Positions 51,625 to 64,000 of a stretch of 64,000 nucleotides of DNA are shown piece after piece. Origin of the DNA: Paraphysomonas bandaiensis (Eukaryota > Protista > Chrysophyceae); the NCBI GenBank assembly GCA_965644295.1, contig CBFFRP010000125.1, positions 1-64,000 of the forward strand, in the 5' to 3' direction. The notes below the pieces were generated by a model. It saw only the letters and a program-made list of their open reading frames with translations. It was not told where the DNA came from and searched no databases. How positions within the stretch are numbered: position 1 is the first letter of the stretch; every line of letters starts with the position of its first letter. The position numbers and the translations under genes are program-made.

Positions 51625-51925
51625 TAAGTGGCTTGATATAACCTTACAACTCTCGTTGTTTTGTGTATTATTACGCAGTGCTCATACGTTACATATTAGC
51701 AAGAAGAACCCTTGACCTTTCCAAGCCTGAATAGAATAATTCAACCTTAATAATGTCTACGTACAGGACAACTGGTTACGCCTCTGTGAACTAAATTCAA
51801 TACTCACACAGGAGAGATATCGGCTACAAAAAATATTAGGTTCACAGGTCTACAGTCAGTATATCGAAGATAGCTAATAGCTGATCACACGACACCAATG
51901 TCAAAATAAGATAGACATAGGATAG

Positions 51926-54542
51926 CTAGAGTCGAGGGCTTGCCGATACAAGTAGACCACCTACATTACAAAATTAAATACACACTACAACGTGATACCG
52001 TAACATTCGTCACCTTTGATAGGCATGGATATGGTGCTCACATAAGTTACGGAGTCGGCACTCTGGAACACTAATTACGATATGACTTTTACAACCAGTA
52101 AGTTTTACCTGTTCTAGTTTCAGGGAGAAAGACAACAGCAGTCGGGCAAGCACACATTTCATTTCTGTACCAGGATGGTTATATGGAACTGTGATGACAA
52201 AAACAGCTTACCAAGCATAGCCAGGTTTTGTCCAAGACATATACGCGGTCCGGCCTATGGGGACATAAGGTAACCACATAACAGACACAGGTACTGCCAG
52301 TGTAAATTAACGTCACCTGAAATGCGGTAAACTTAAACGGTGATGGCTTCGGTGTGTTGTAAAATCGATCCGGATTAAAAGTCATGCAGTCTTCCCACAA
52401 ACTATAGACAGTCTCAGTACACCCGCATTCATATATTTGCCAATACCTACCTCTCGGTTCGACCCATCAGCCAAGGACAAAATATAACCATAAATCCTAC
52501 AAAAACTGTAAGCATTGACACTACCACATTATTTACAAACCTTTAGGTACGACTGTGCCATCAGGGAGAATATCGTCTTTCATAGCAAATCTGTGAAGTA
52601 TGTCAACAACGCGTACTTAGCATACAGCATATTCCCTACTTGGCTTCTTTCGGGATAGAAGGGTAGAGGCGCAGAACCTATAATACTCGATTCGTAAATC
52701 AACTTCACTATGTGTCTCTGATACGTACCTCCATGCAGAAGGCCTCCAAGTACTTCATTTCCTGTAGGCATTCATATGAAAGGCGGAAAGAAGAGTCCAT
52801 ATAGTCCACATTGCGTGTTGTTAAAACAGATTTTATTTCCTCATACACTCTCTGCTGAATGTCAGGGTGGATACAGAGGCGGTACGCAGCCCAGCTCAGC
52901 GCCTTAAAAACGACAGTAACACAGAGTAATAAGAATTTCAATAAGCAATACATTGGCAGTTGTATCGCGCCCAGCGATTACAAAACTCAATACGACGTCT
53001 CTCAAATTTCTGTCCGTAAGCTCACCGTCCTCTGTACAGACCACACATCAGCTATGACGACTACCAAGTACTTCAAAATACATACTCTCTGTATCTTGTC
53101 GTTCTAAATAAAGAGATAGGAGATCTCCCTTGCCTTTACTTTCAGCACTGCGCTCGGCAAACTCTTTCTTGCGTTGTTTTACAACGGCGTAAGCAAATTT
53201 ATTGACCCGACTCAGACTATAATGACACCCGTTATGCATATTCTCTACCTCTTAATAATAAACAGACTATGGCAGTACTAACCTGAGATAGTACCACCAT
53301 CCGGATGGAGTAAAGAGTCTTTTCAATAACCAGAGTGGATCCAAAAATGACTGGTGTATAGACAAAAGATATTAGTACAGACACTAGTACAGTATCATGC
53401 TAACGACACATGAATGACACAATGCAAAACAAACCTCATTAATTTGGGCTTGACAATAGTCGAACGCTTCAGCAAATATCACCCTGGTGTTAACTTTACA
53501 CAGGCGGTCTATAAACAGAGACACTACCACCTTTTTTTAGTCATGGTTCCCAGCTCTTGACCAAAGGCTATCTACGATTCATAATATTAATCGCAAATAA
53601 TCTCAAATCTACTTATGGTGTTGATCACTTGTGAATCAGTACCTGCCCGATTGACTCCAGAGTAAACTTCATGAATAGGTCCTGATACAGAGCACAATTA
53701 ATAGTGTAAATCATTACTCCTACACTCACCTGGATGTCAATTGGACCAGTCGAACTTGAGAGTATGTCAATCAGGATGTTGCAATGGTCGTTGACTGGCA
53801 TAACATGAGGGGTTACAACAAAGCATTGTGTGTGTGACATACATGTATCCAACACCGAGGACTTGAACTTGTTGAGATTAAATAGGTGTGAAGATGTTTT
53901 GCGGTGCTTGTACCACACAGCGCCATCTATAGACCAAAACGATATCACTAGTATATCACGTGTACGGCGAATACACACCAGAGTTGAATATTCCATCGCC
54001 CAACAAGCCGTAGAATTTCTCGCTGAATAAAGGTCCTTTGCCTGAAGAACACAGTGAGTTTCATCCTCATTCAGGCTGTCACTCACCATATGTATCAACA
54101 TTCTTCAACACATGCGTGATGTTCTCCACATCATTGGTAACAACAATCCAAGGCAATCCCTAATATGAGAAATTAAAACATGTCAATATATATATATGTA
54201 ACACACTAATATGTTAAGCACTACATATATATGTACGTATGTATTCATGTATATGAGTATGTATATATCTGTGTATATGTATGTGTGACATACTAATGTA
54301 TTAAACACTCCGCATTTACGATCATCAGGTATGGATTTACTCTTCTCAAGCATATAGTCAAGAATAACATCACTATTCCATGCTAACTCGATCGTGTTTT
54401 GAAAGGGATAACGTTCTTTAATGACATCCTTATGAGATTTACTGAAATATACAATGAGATGATAGATAGCCATAGAGAGGATAGCTGAGGCTATGACTGT
54501 TGGGATTGAGAGTAGAGGGGTGGTAATGAGTGTTTCCAACAT
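51926..54542 (-). CDS. Cytochrome P450 (CYP86/704-like fatty-acid hydroxylase type), many small exons
   Basis: N-terminal TM; LLGDGIFNS-DGAVW..HRK, NFVIAGRDTT, MEV-RFCLYPS..KEAK, FNPDRF and FTAFQ-AGPRICLG (heme Cys). Confidence 0.93.
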
Positions 54543-55010
54543 GGTAATGGGTTTGAGTATAGTGTTATATGGTTAATGGGAGAGTGAGGTGATATGATAT
54601 GAGGGGTTGGGTTGCTTATATATGGAATCGTACGTATGTATGTAGAGAGAGAGTTGGATACGTATCTCATTATGCATGTACTGCTGTAGAGTATACATGT
54701 ACTGCTGTGTTGTGCTGCATATGAGATATGAGTTTTTTACAGTAGTGTACAGTACAGTACAGTACAGGATACGCAAGATGCAGAATACAATAAAATACAA
54801 TCATATATACTCAATATAATGCCTGTATATAGCAGTATTCGACGGTATTACAATGCACTGTATGTAGAGATACATACGTGTATCATCTGTGTGTATATAA
54901 GATCAGGACAATGAGCTCAGATCAACATGCATGCATTAATAGCATATTGCTGCTTACTTGCATTGTATTTCTGTCTCCTGCATTGATATTCAGACACTGT
55001 ACATATTCGG

Positions 55011-55821
55011 ATGGCATATGCTAACACCACTCTACTCTTTGTGTGTATGATTATGGTTACAATTGTAATCTGTTATTTGTCAGTGTATATGAGTGCACAA
55101 ACTGGGATTCAAAGCGAGACCATTCCTATTCCAATGACTCCTTTTCCAGAAGAATCATGGTTGATATTGCGCACTTCTATGCATATTGTGGATTATATGT
55201 TAGTAGGCGTACACCTGGCACGCTTGCAGTGAGAACAGTAACCAGTACACCTTTCGCTCGTTTTGAAATTCATAAAGTACGCACTGAGTCCGGCCAAATT
55301 GTAAATGACTGGCTTTGGACTGATGAAAGATCACACGTTAATATATTGGTATAACGAGATGTAATCTTTGCTAATTGTGCGTGTTACGAGATGGGATGTA
55401 GGTCCACCTCAAGGAAGAAGATAAGTACCTACTCTTTCATCAGCTCAAGTACGGATTGAGTCGGCCAGCGTATGCTACTATTGGAGGATTATTTAATGGA
55501 AATGAAACGCCGTTAGAGTGCGCGGAGCGAGAGTTATTAGAAGAGACGGGTTTGGTTGCAGAACAAATGGTACCGCTAGGAAAATATCGTGTGCAAGTTA
55601 ACCGTGGTGGTGGATTTTTACACGCATATCTTGCAAAGAATTGTGTTCGTTCAAGTCAGAAGAAATTATCTGATGACTATGAGAAACAAGAGATTAGGAA
55701 ACTTACTCGCAACGAGCTAATAGAGGTCGCCTTAAAAGGAGAAGTAGGTGAAGCACAGTGGGTAGCAACTGTTGCTTTAGGCTTGCTTCATGAGGAGCAT
55801 GGGACATCAGCCAGTAACTAA
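55011..55821 (+). CDS. Nudix hydrolase with N-terminal signal anchor (ADP-ribose pyrophosphatase-like)
   Basis: Nudix box GGLFNGNETPLECAERELLEETG; three exons joined by GT-AG introns; hydrophobic N-terminus. Confidence 0.88.
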
Positions 55822-56337
55822 TATATTTGTAGTACTATATCTAGGATATAAAAACAGATCCTGGTGAGTAACTAACGAACACTATAAAATTAGTGAATTC
55901 TCTAGCAAGCACACCATTACTGCATAATTGATAGGAGCCAACTAGACCAGCTCGGTATGTCCCTTCCCAGATATATGCAGAGGGGCAGCGGAGCGCAAGT
56001 TTCAAATGTCGCAACTTGCAACTCCGCCAGGAGCAATTGCTCGAAGGAATGAGCAAGAAGAGCAACAATGAGATATATGGAACTGACAGTTCAGAAGGGA
56101 CGGACGAGTCATGGTTCAAAAATTTACAGTATTGTATTTCATCACGCACAGAGAGGAATTGTGAAAACATTGAACAGGGAGCCCATGATTATTAAACAAC
56201 GAGATTGACTCTGAACGCTAAATAATTCTATTGTATTGAAATTTTAGAGTGACGGTTGTTAGATGGCTAGTTAGTAGTAAGATTTCATATCCAATATTAA
56301 TTACGTTTTATTATGCAATGCAAATACCAATAAACTT

Positions 56338-56720
56338 TCACAATTGAGGAGGTCTCCTAACACCTTCATGGTGTAGGTATTGTGTGAGCTGTCTACGGTG
56401 ATCTCCACTTGGAAGGTTAGTGTTTAAGAGCTCGTCATCTTCATTGAAATTCCCATTTAAGTACACCAAACTTCTGTCCCCTTATTAAATATCACATTCC
56501 GCTCAAGTCGCTGGCACTGTGCTACCCCCATCCTCGCCCATGTCTATGATGTAATTATAATGTTTACTGTCATAGTGCATAAGTGTCCACTTATCACACG
56601 AGCATATTAGAGGTCTCCAAAAAATCCCCACCTCTGAGTTACATGAGAAAAGGTTCTTTCAATACACTGTCTCATTGATGACAAGTGGTAATTGAAACAA
56701 TCTTTCCATGGATCCGTACG
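56338..56720 (-). pseudogene. PIF/Harbinger (DDE_Tnp_4) transposase relic
   Basis: Minus strand reads FNYHLSSMRQCIERTFSHVTQRWG-[frameshift]-FWRPLIC...HYNYIID...RRQLTQYLHHEGVRRPPQL*, the Harbinger FNxxLSxxRxxIERxF..RW motif with stops and frameshifts. Confidence 0.8.
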
Positions 56721-57548
56721 CAGCACTTAAAGCGAATCATATATCCATGTAATACCCTCCAGTATGACGTCGCAGTGTGATCGCAAGATGTGTTTTCATG
56801 GATATGACACTACCACTGCTGGCCTTATCTCATCGCTGATGTTATTCAGGATTGAAATCATCGTCATAGTAGTCACTTAGTTCTACCTGGTTTCTATATA
56901 TAACCACTAGCAAAAGCAACCTCCTCTACATCTCCAGTACATGATAACTTTGTACAACATTCTCGGAGTTTTAGAATATGTATGTTGTAAAAAGCACATT
57001 GTTTTTTCGAAAAACATGGATTTTATTCTAAAAAGTATTGTTTTCGATTGAAAAAAAAAAACTTGTTGATGATTTCCGAATATATTATTCTTTGAATTTT
57101 TTTTTACCGAATTTTTTACCTAATTTTCTAAATAATCGTGAGGCTATACGGTATAGAAGTATAGTATGTCTAGATGTGTGGTGATGATACTGTCATATTT
57201 CAAAATCAGTGTTTTAGATGCATCGTATATCTGTATGGATGTATTTCATGTATAGACTGGAGCATATATACTGGCTGTATAGGTATATATAGAGATAGAC
57301 TGGTCTGTGGACTTGTACTTATATATACTAAGAGTGTGTTACGTATGTTCTATAAGTAAAACTCTGAAGGGAAATAGATCTTACCCTTCTAAACATTCAG
57401 AGATCAATCAGATATAAGAAGAACACATTCGTCTAATAGACACCGTGTGATTTTTATTCCAGTATGTTGTGTTGGAAGTTATTCAGTGAACTATAAAACA
57501 AACATTCAAATCAATCGATTGTTTTTAAAGGATTGAAGTTGAATTATT

Positions 57549-60500
57549 ATGGATGCTATTCTTCAAGGACTTCAAAGTAGTGATGTGAAAGTAAAATTAA
57601 AAGCAATTGATAATTTATATACAAAATTAAAAGATGGAAAAGCGGTGAGGGATACATACATATATATGTATGTATAGATAGATAGATTGATTGATAGGGT
57701 TATATGTGCATATGTATGGATGCATGTATGTGTGTATATAGCGGTTGGTTTCATATTTTATCTATATAGGGCGATGTCAAGCTGAAACTAATCAATACTG
57801 CGGTTACGACTCTCAAAGATGCCAATCCAAAACTCGTATTAACGGCATTAGAATGTGTAAAGCTTCTCATCGAGAATTACAGCGACTCTTTCCAGCCTCT
57901 TGTAAATATGGCATTTGATATTCTGTTGGCCAAGCTTGGTGATAGCAAGGTATAGTTTGAACAGAAAAGAAATGCATTACGTTATTGATATCCTTAGTTA
58001 AATGTACGGGCGAGGGCTAATGAGACAATGGTCGCTTTGATTAATTCTGTTGGGCTTCATGCGGGTTATGAACGTTTGTCGGTAGGTTTGATGTAATGTA
58101 TACATCGATATGAATTATATTATCTATTACAGGCGCATCTTAGCCACAATAACGGAAGAATTCGCGAACAGATTCTTCACGTTATTCGACGGCTGATTGA
58201 TATATTCGGTGATGACATTGTAATAATTCCTAATTTAGGACCGTCCATAGGGTCCATGCTACGGGATCCCCAAGATTCCGTGCGGCAAATGGCTGTACAA
58301 GTGCTTGGTGACCTATACACATACTTAGGACATAGTTTACTGGTATAGATGTGTATATGTCAAGCCTACCTTGGCGTCGTTATTAATAATGATATGTAGG
58401 CTCAACTGGAATCAGCAGGTGCCAAGCCTGCTCACATACAGGCTGTCCGGGACGCTGCAAACGATAATAGCAAATCTAAGGGGCGTGAAGAAAGCTCTGT
58501 CTCCTCTACGAGCACCACCTCTAGTCTCTCCCAAGGAGCATCTCCTACACCCCGCACTTCTATGGGGAAGTCTTCGCGGGGTGGAGGACGTTTAGCAGCG
58601 ACCTCTTCCTCAGCAGCTATGCGATCGAAGAAAGGCGACGCATCGAATTTGTCACTGACTACTGCTGGATTGTCTGCTGGTCTGAAGACGAGCCCCATAT
58701 CTTCTCCCGACCCGAGACTCCGTATTACTCCAAGTCCTGAGGCATTGATGCGGCACGGTAGCAATAATAGCACGATGAGTGCAGGCACCGACGTCAGTGG
58801 CAGCAGTTGTAACGGTAGCAAGTACAACCCGGCGTGGTATATGTCTCTTTTAGGTGAAGGCCCTCCTGTGAGAGTGGTATACCCGCCGACGGAGAAAGAG
58901 TTACAGCGTTATTTGGGTACGATCCAGACAGATCTGTGCGATAAGGACAACTGGCAGACTCGTATAGGAGCAATGGGGCGGTTGCAAGGTCTAGTAGCAG
59001 GAGTACCAGACAAAGCAGAGGCTGGATACACAGATATTATTGTCGGATTTGTACGGTCTAACCTGCACGAACTGGTACCATAGTCATAATGCACTTGATA
59101 AGTACAATGATATGTATTTCAAACAGATTTCTAGTCAGATAGTTGACCTGCGGTCGACTGTGAGCAAAGAAGGTTGTCGCACTGTTGCTGTGATGGCAAG
59201 GTAAATGCACTCGTCAATATGCTTATAGTGGTTTTCTATATTTGAAATGAAGACTGAGTTGATGTTTGTTACAATTTAACTTGGATAATATTGTTTATAT
59301 TATCCTGTTACATGTGACTCTTTGGCTCTCAGGGTTCTTCGACATCAGTTTGCGCCGTTGGCTGAGTTGTGGATTCCTTCATTACTCAAAGTACTTACTG
59401 TGAAAATTCAAGTTATTTCCTCTGCAGTAGACAGATGTTTGAGGATAATAATCGCTGCTGGCGTCCCAGTTGGATTTTCTCGAGTCATCCCTCTACTCAT
59501 CGAGTCATTTTCGTCTAAAAATCCCATATCACGGAAGTATTGTTTTGAGTACTTAACCCTCGCGGCATCGATATGGCACTCAGACTCTGTATTAGAGAGG
59601 TAAGTTTTTGTGTCAACTCATATTACGCATTGACCTGGAATCATCTGTAGACATGGGGCAGCGATAAGAAAAGCAGCTCGAAATGGAGTTTCGGATGCAG
59701 ATCCCCATGCCAGGAAGACGGCAAGATACCTCTTTTGGGTACTACACAGCCGACATTCGTGGAAGCGGTCTATGGACGCACTTCTGAGCGATATGGACGC
59801 TTCTAGCAAGAAGCGGCTTTGTGCTGAAGACAGACAACAAGGCGAGCTATGCGACCTTATCAATGGGTCGTCAGTTCTATCGGATATCGATTTGTATGAC
59901 CTTTCGTACAAAGATGCGAATGTATCAGATCTGTCAGCTGAGAAAAACAGCCCAGTTGTGTCATCTGGAAAGACTAGTGGTCTGAAGTCAACTAAGTCGT
60001 GGAACAACATGTCAACTCATTTTAACAGTACAAGTGATAGCGACAACAGTGACAGTCGCACCAGTGGTGGATCTGGCTTGATGGCTGGAGGCTCGCAACG
60101 AGTTACTGCATCGAGCACGACAAATCGTGATCGGGTTTCGATTGATGTAGACGACGCTAATAAGATAGACGGATCTAACTTAGTGTCACCACTAATCCCG
60201 CCCACTGATGGTGCCGCCCCTATGAGATCCAAGCGTATGTCTGTCTCAGCTACTGGGGGTCGCAGTGCTGGAGCTCTCAGTGGCGGATGTAGACGAATGT
60301 CCATGGGTCCATCCAAGGTATCAGTCGTCAGTACTGACAATGCAAGTGCTCCGGAATCTAGTTTAGGTGGATCGGCACGACTTCCTCTTGGGGCTACACA
60401 GAGAAGCCACAGGTAGTTACAGTTTCGAATATATCTAGAGTGGCTGCTAATGTATTAATTCGTACTAGCTCATCACATGTAGTTGACAAAGACACGACAG

Positions 60501-63332
60501 TGTCGAGAGGTATTGCCGACATAGGAGATGGGCGGCAGTCGGGAGATATTTCTAGAGGCCACACTATGAATTACATGAGGGAAGAGGCAGAACCATCAGG
60601 GCCCCTACAGAGAACGATGGGAGGAGCGCAACGTGTTGCTCGCCCCGTTCACCGCCCTGATTCCAAAACGAGTACTGATATGAGTGCCTTACGAGTGCAA
60701 CAGAAATCAACCCCAGTGGAGAATGCTCCGAAAGATGTGACTACATCTGTTCATATCGACGTGGAGGGACGTAAGGTGGACTCCGGGGAACTGAATCGAT
60801 CAACAGGAAGTCACCCCTCACTTAGAGCTCCAGTTCCATCAGTTGCAGCATCTGCGAATATTCCTTCTGTGTCTGAAACACGTGACATGCTAGCGGACTC
60901 TTTATGGACTAATAGGTATCATATTTGCACAGCATGTATAGCGCGATGATAGTATTTATCCTTAATTTTAGGGTACGTGGCTTAGAGGCCATAACAGCGC
61001 GGTTTAAACGATGGCTGGCCTCAGCTAACACTAGTGGGAACTACCCTGCTCATCTAGATGAGTTTTTAGATGTGTGTATAAAATGCATCCCAGATTCGCA
61101 TCAGAAAGTCTCGGCGCAAGCCCACTTAGCAATTGAAGTTCTTGCCACATCACGAAATGCGTTGATTATTTCGAAGCTTGGTACACTTCTGCCCCTCTTA
61201 TTCGGCCGATTGGCTGACCGCAGGCCGGCGAATCGCTCTCAGGCGAACTCTCTGTTAGATATATTTCGTGATGTTCATGATCCGTGTACAATTATGGGCG
61301 TTTTGTCTCCGCGCATTCCGGATATGTCGGACAGAACTCTTGTCTCAGTGTTTCAACTTCTTATCACTATTACTCCGATGTGTGGGGCGTTTTTCAGTCA
61401 GGCTAGCAATACGGGCGCATTTTTGAACAGATTGTCAGTCGTTCTCTCAACTGAAAATGGAAAAAGACCGTCTTCTGCATTACAGGTTGCTGGACAGCGC
61501 CTTGTAGATCTCGTTTACAAAGCTTCCAGCGAGGTACTGCCATGTCTACTTGCAATAGTTCTTTAAACTTAGTACTACGTAGGTTGTTCTTACTCAAATT
61601 TCGCTTCTTCCTCTACAACATCAGTCGACTATGAAGAAAGTGTTGCAGAGTAGGGTACCTAATATTGATAGCCTTGTAGCTGCAGCGGGCAAGCTGGAAT
61701 GGAATACACAGCATACCCAATCGAATGAGAAAATGTATGCATGTTTCGTTCATTACTTTTTGTCTTATGTCTGCCGTACCCTAGGAGCTATGGTTCGCGT
61801 GGTGATAGTTATGACACCGAAATCGACACAACTGATAATTCTGTGGGCGAAGATATCAGTGTTTTGACTGGAGACGACTCACAGAATCCCACAGCTGATA
61901 ATAAATTGGTCAACGAAATTTCTGAAAATAATAGCCGTGCGAAGACATACAGTCCTATAGCTTATGTCTCCCCTATCCCGAAGAAGTCTCCTGTGAAAGA
62001 ATTTGTAGAGGCACCAGCTTCCTGCGCTCCAGTGATGCTCAGCGATCCAGATGCCTACAGTTCTCCGGTGGTGTCGCCGCGGCCCACCAGCTGTCCTATC
62101 AGTAGCGATCGTGGTACGAAGGATAACGTTAATGAAGCTCCAGTAATGGAGCCGAAGAAAAGCCCCCCGAAGCAAGATATCGTGTGGCTGTTACATACTT
62201 TGCGCCCTGACGGTGGTGCATCCAAAGATGAAAAGAGGACTGCCATATCAGAGCTAAAGAGACTTGCGAAGAGTGCATCAGATGAGTACTGGAGGAGGAA
62301 CTGTGCACAGGTGTGATACAATGGCGTCTTTCTATTATGATCTTCTCTAGTTATAACACTGTTATTCTGTCCTATGTAGATTATGAGTGTATTGCTGGAG
62401 GCTTTTAGTCCGTCAGCCATGGCTATGGTGACAAAGCAAGACGAGGAGTCTGCTAAGCTGTCGTCATCTGCTTCAGCAGGAGTTGCGACTTCGCCTTCGT
62501 CGCGGGAGGGAGACTACTACTCATCGATGCCACACCTTCCACCGTCCATGCCCCTCACAGGATTAAGCCCCGCTCCAACGGGGACATATACCTCGAGAAA
62601 GATGCAGTTTGGTGTTGGAGGTGAAGAAAACTGGACTTCTAGTGAAATTAACTCTGCTGCCGAAGAGAATGGTGCGGTAAATGGTGCAGCACATGCCCAG
62701 AGGATGGAAGCAATGCATGTTGCGTGTAAGGGCGTCCTTATATTAGTAAAGGTCTTAGGAGGGGAACACATAAAGGTATCACGATTCGTATTTTGTTTGT
62801 GGTTTTATGATATCGGCAGGTTTTCATGGAGCTCATAGTAAGTCGGCTCTGTGAGGCTGCCGCATTTGCCCCTGTGGCTGTGTCTCTTCATTTTGAGCAA
62901 ATTCTGTCCATTGTCTCGGCTCTAGCGCCGTCACGGTTTGTGCGGCTGCTTTTACCGTACATCACGGTCGACCCTACAACTGAGAATGAAAGTACTACAG
63001 GCGATGAACAAGAGAAAGATGCATACAAACAGCATACCCGTCTCATGTCCCTACATGCCATGACGGCTGGAGTAAAATACTTGTCTTCTTCAGAGCTAAT
63101 TGAACTGCTGCCTATCCTGGCACCAGCCGTTTTGCCACACTTCACCAGTCCTCTTGTCGACATTCGAAAATCTGTCGTTTTTGTATTAGTTGAGATCTAT
63201 ATGATTGTAGGGGATGCGTTACACCCGTATGTTAAGACTTTGGCTCCGTCGCAGAGGAAATTACTTACTGTATACATAGAACGTCAGATGAGCAGACACA
63301 CAGTCCCTGCTTGTTCAACTGCTGACGTTTAG
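57549..63332 (+). CDS. CLASP: CLIP-associated protein (TOG/HEAT-repeat microtubule regulator)
   Basis: N-terminal TOG (LKDANPK, KLGDSK), DNWQTRIGAM, IVDLRSTVSKEGC, GVSDADPHARKTAR, and C-terminal FTSPLVDIRKSVVFVLVEIY...SQRKLLTVYIER. Confidence 0.92.
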
Positions 63333-64000
63333 CAGTAGCTGTGTAGGTAGTATCAGTGGAGCTTCTATCGTTAGACTATTTGATGGATAAAACAGTGTCA
63401 ATCACGACAACATGTTGTAGATTGCATTATAGATTGTAAACTATAGGTATCTGGAAATCGTGGTGAAAAATCTAAATAACGGTATATATAATATCTGATA
63501 GATTGAAAAGAAATTTATTTGGTTCGACAATAGTTTTGATAAAAATACAGTGTAGTTCGGCGTTGGTGGAGATAAGGTACTGCACTAGCAAATCTGTTAC
63601 AACTGAGAGTCCATAGTCGTTCTAGCTTCTCTTTACACCAAAATTCTCTCGACTGTGAACATGGAAATTACCTGATATGTAATCAATGTTGCTTTAATTA
63701 AATCGAGACTATCGAATTGTGTTCTTACTCACACCTCACATTCGATTGTAATATCAACAATCCTTTAACTACGTTTGTAAATATCTTCCTACTTGCGACC
63801 ACTAACATATAAAGAACGTTCGATCAGCATGTGTATGTTAGTTAGTTGACAGTAGAAATATAAAGAATCAACGTGTTTGCTAAATCGTACTTAATTAAGC
63901 ATGTGGACAGCAGTTTAATACAGCGAAATTAATTCATGTGAGCAGTCCACAACAGGTGGCTGATATATATGCCAAGAAGGCATTGTGTGATCCAATATTT

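Noticed and set aside
15622-55821. Apyrase + nucleoside transporter + Nudix as a nucleotide-salvage cluster
   Set aside because: They are 15-25 kb apart with many unrelated housekeeping genes between them.

Overview
Compact, intron-rich eukaryotic (protist) genomic DNA with short GT-AG introns of about 45-130 bp. A stramenopile/ochrophyte-like host is a guess, not established. About 19 protein-coding genes can be supported: MOG1/RANGRF, GPATCH1, a mitochondrion-type 40-aa-repeat/RAP-like protein, a coiled-coil protein with a 42-bp coding minisatellite, a GDA1/CD39 apyrase, a myristoylated EF-hand calcium sensor, a papain-family protease, a coiled-coil/LRR protein, ESF1, a group II truncated globin, an LRR-IQ protein, BTF3/NAC-beta, an equilibrative nucleoside transporter, a dynein-MTBD-like/USP fusion, ALG3, PRPF31, a cytochrome P450, a membrane-anchored Nudix hydrolase and CLASP. 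Non-coding DNA is strongly partitioned. (TATG)n/(CATA)n arrays of up to about 1.9 kb sit at gene 5' ends and divergent promoters, while mobile DNA sits after gene 3' ends: a hAT-type MITE family with nested copies and 8-bp TSDs, and a Harbinger transposase relic. The most unusual locus is at 49.2-51.6 kb. It is a fold-back Copia-like relic forming a 300-bp near-perfect hairpin, directly next to an AT-rich, intronless virus/Polinton-type SF3 helicase fragment. Gene boundaries were read by eye and no database searches were run.
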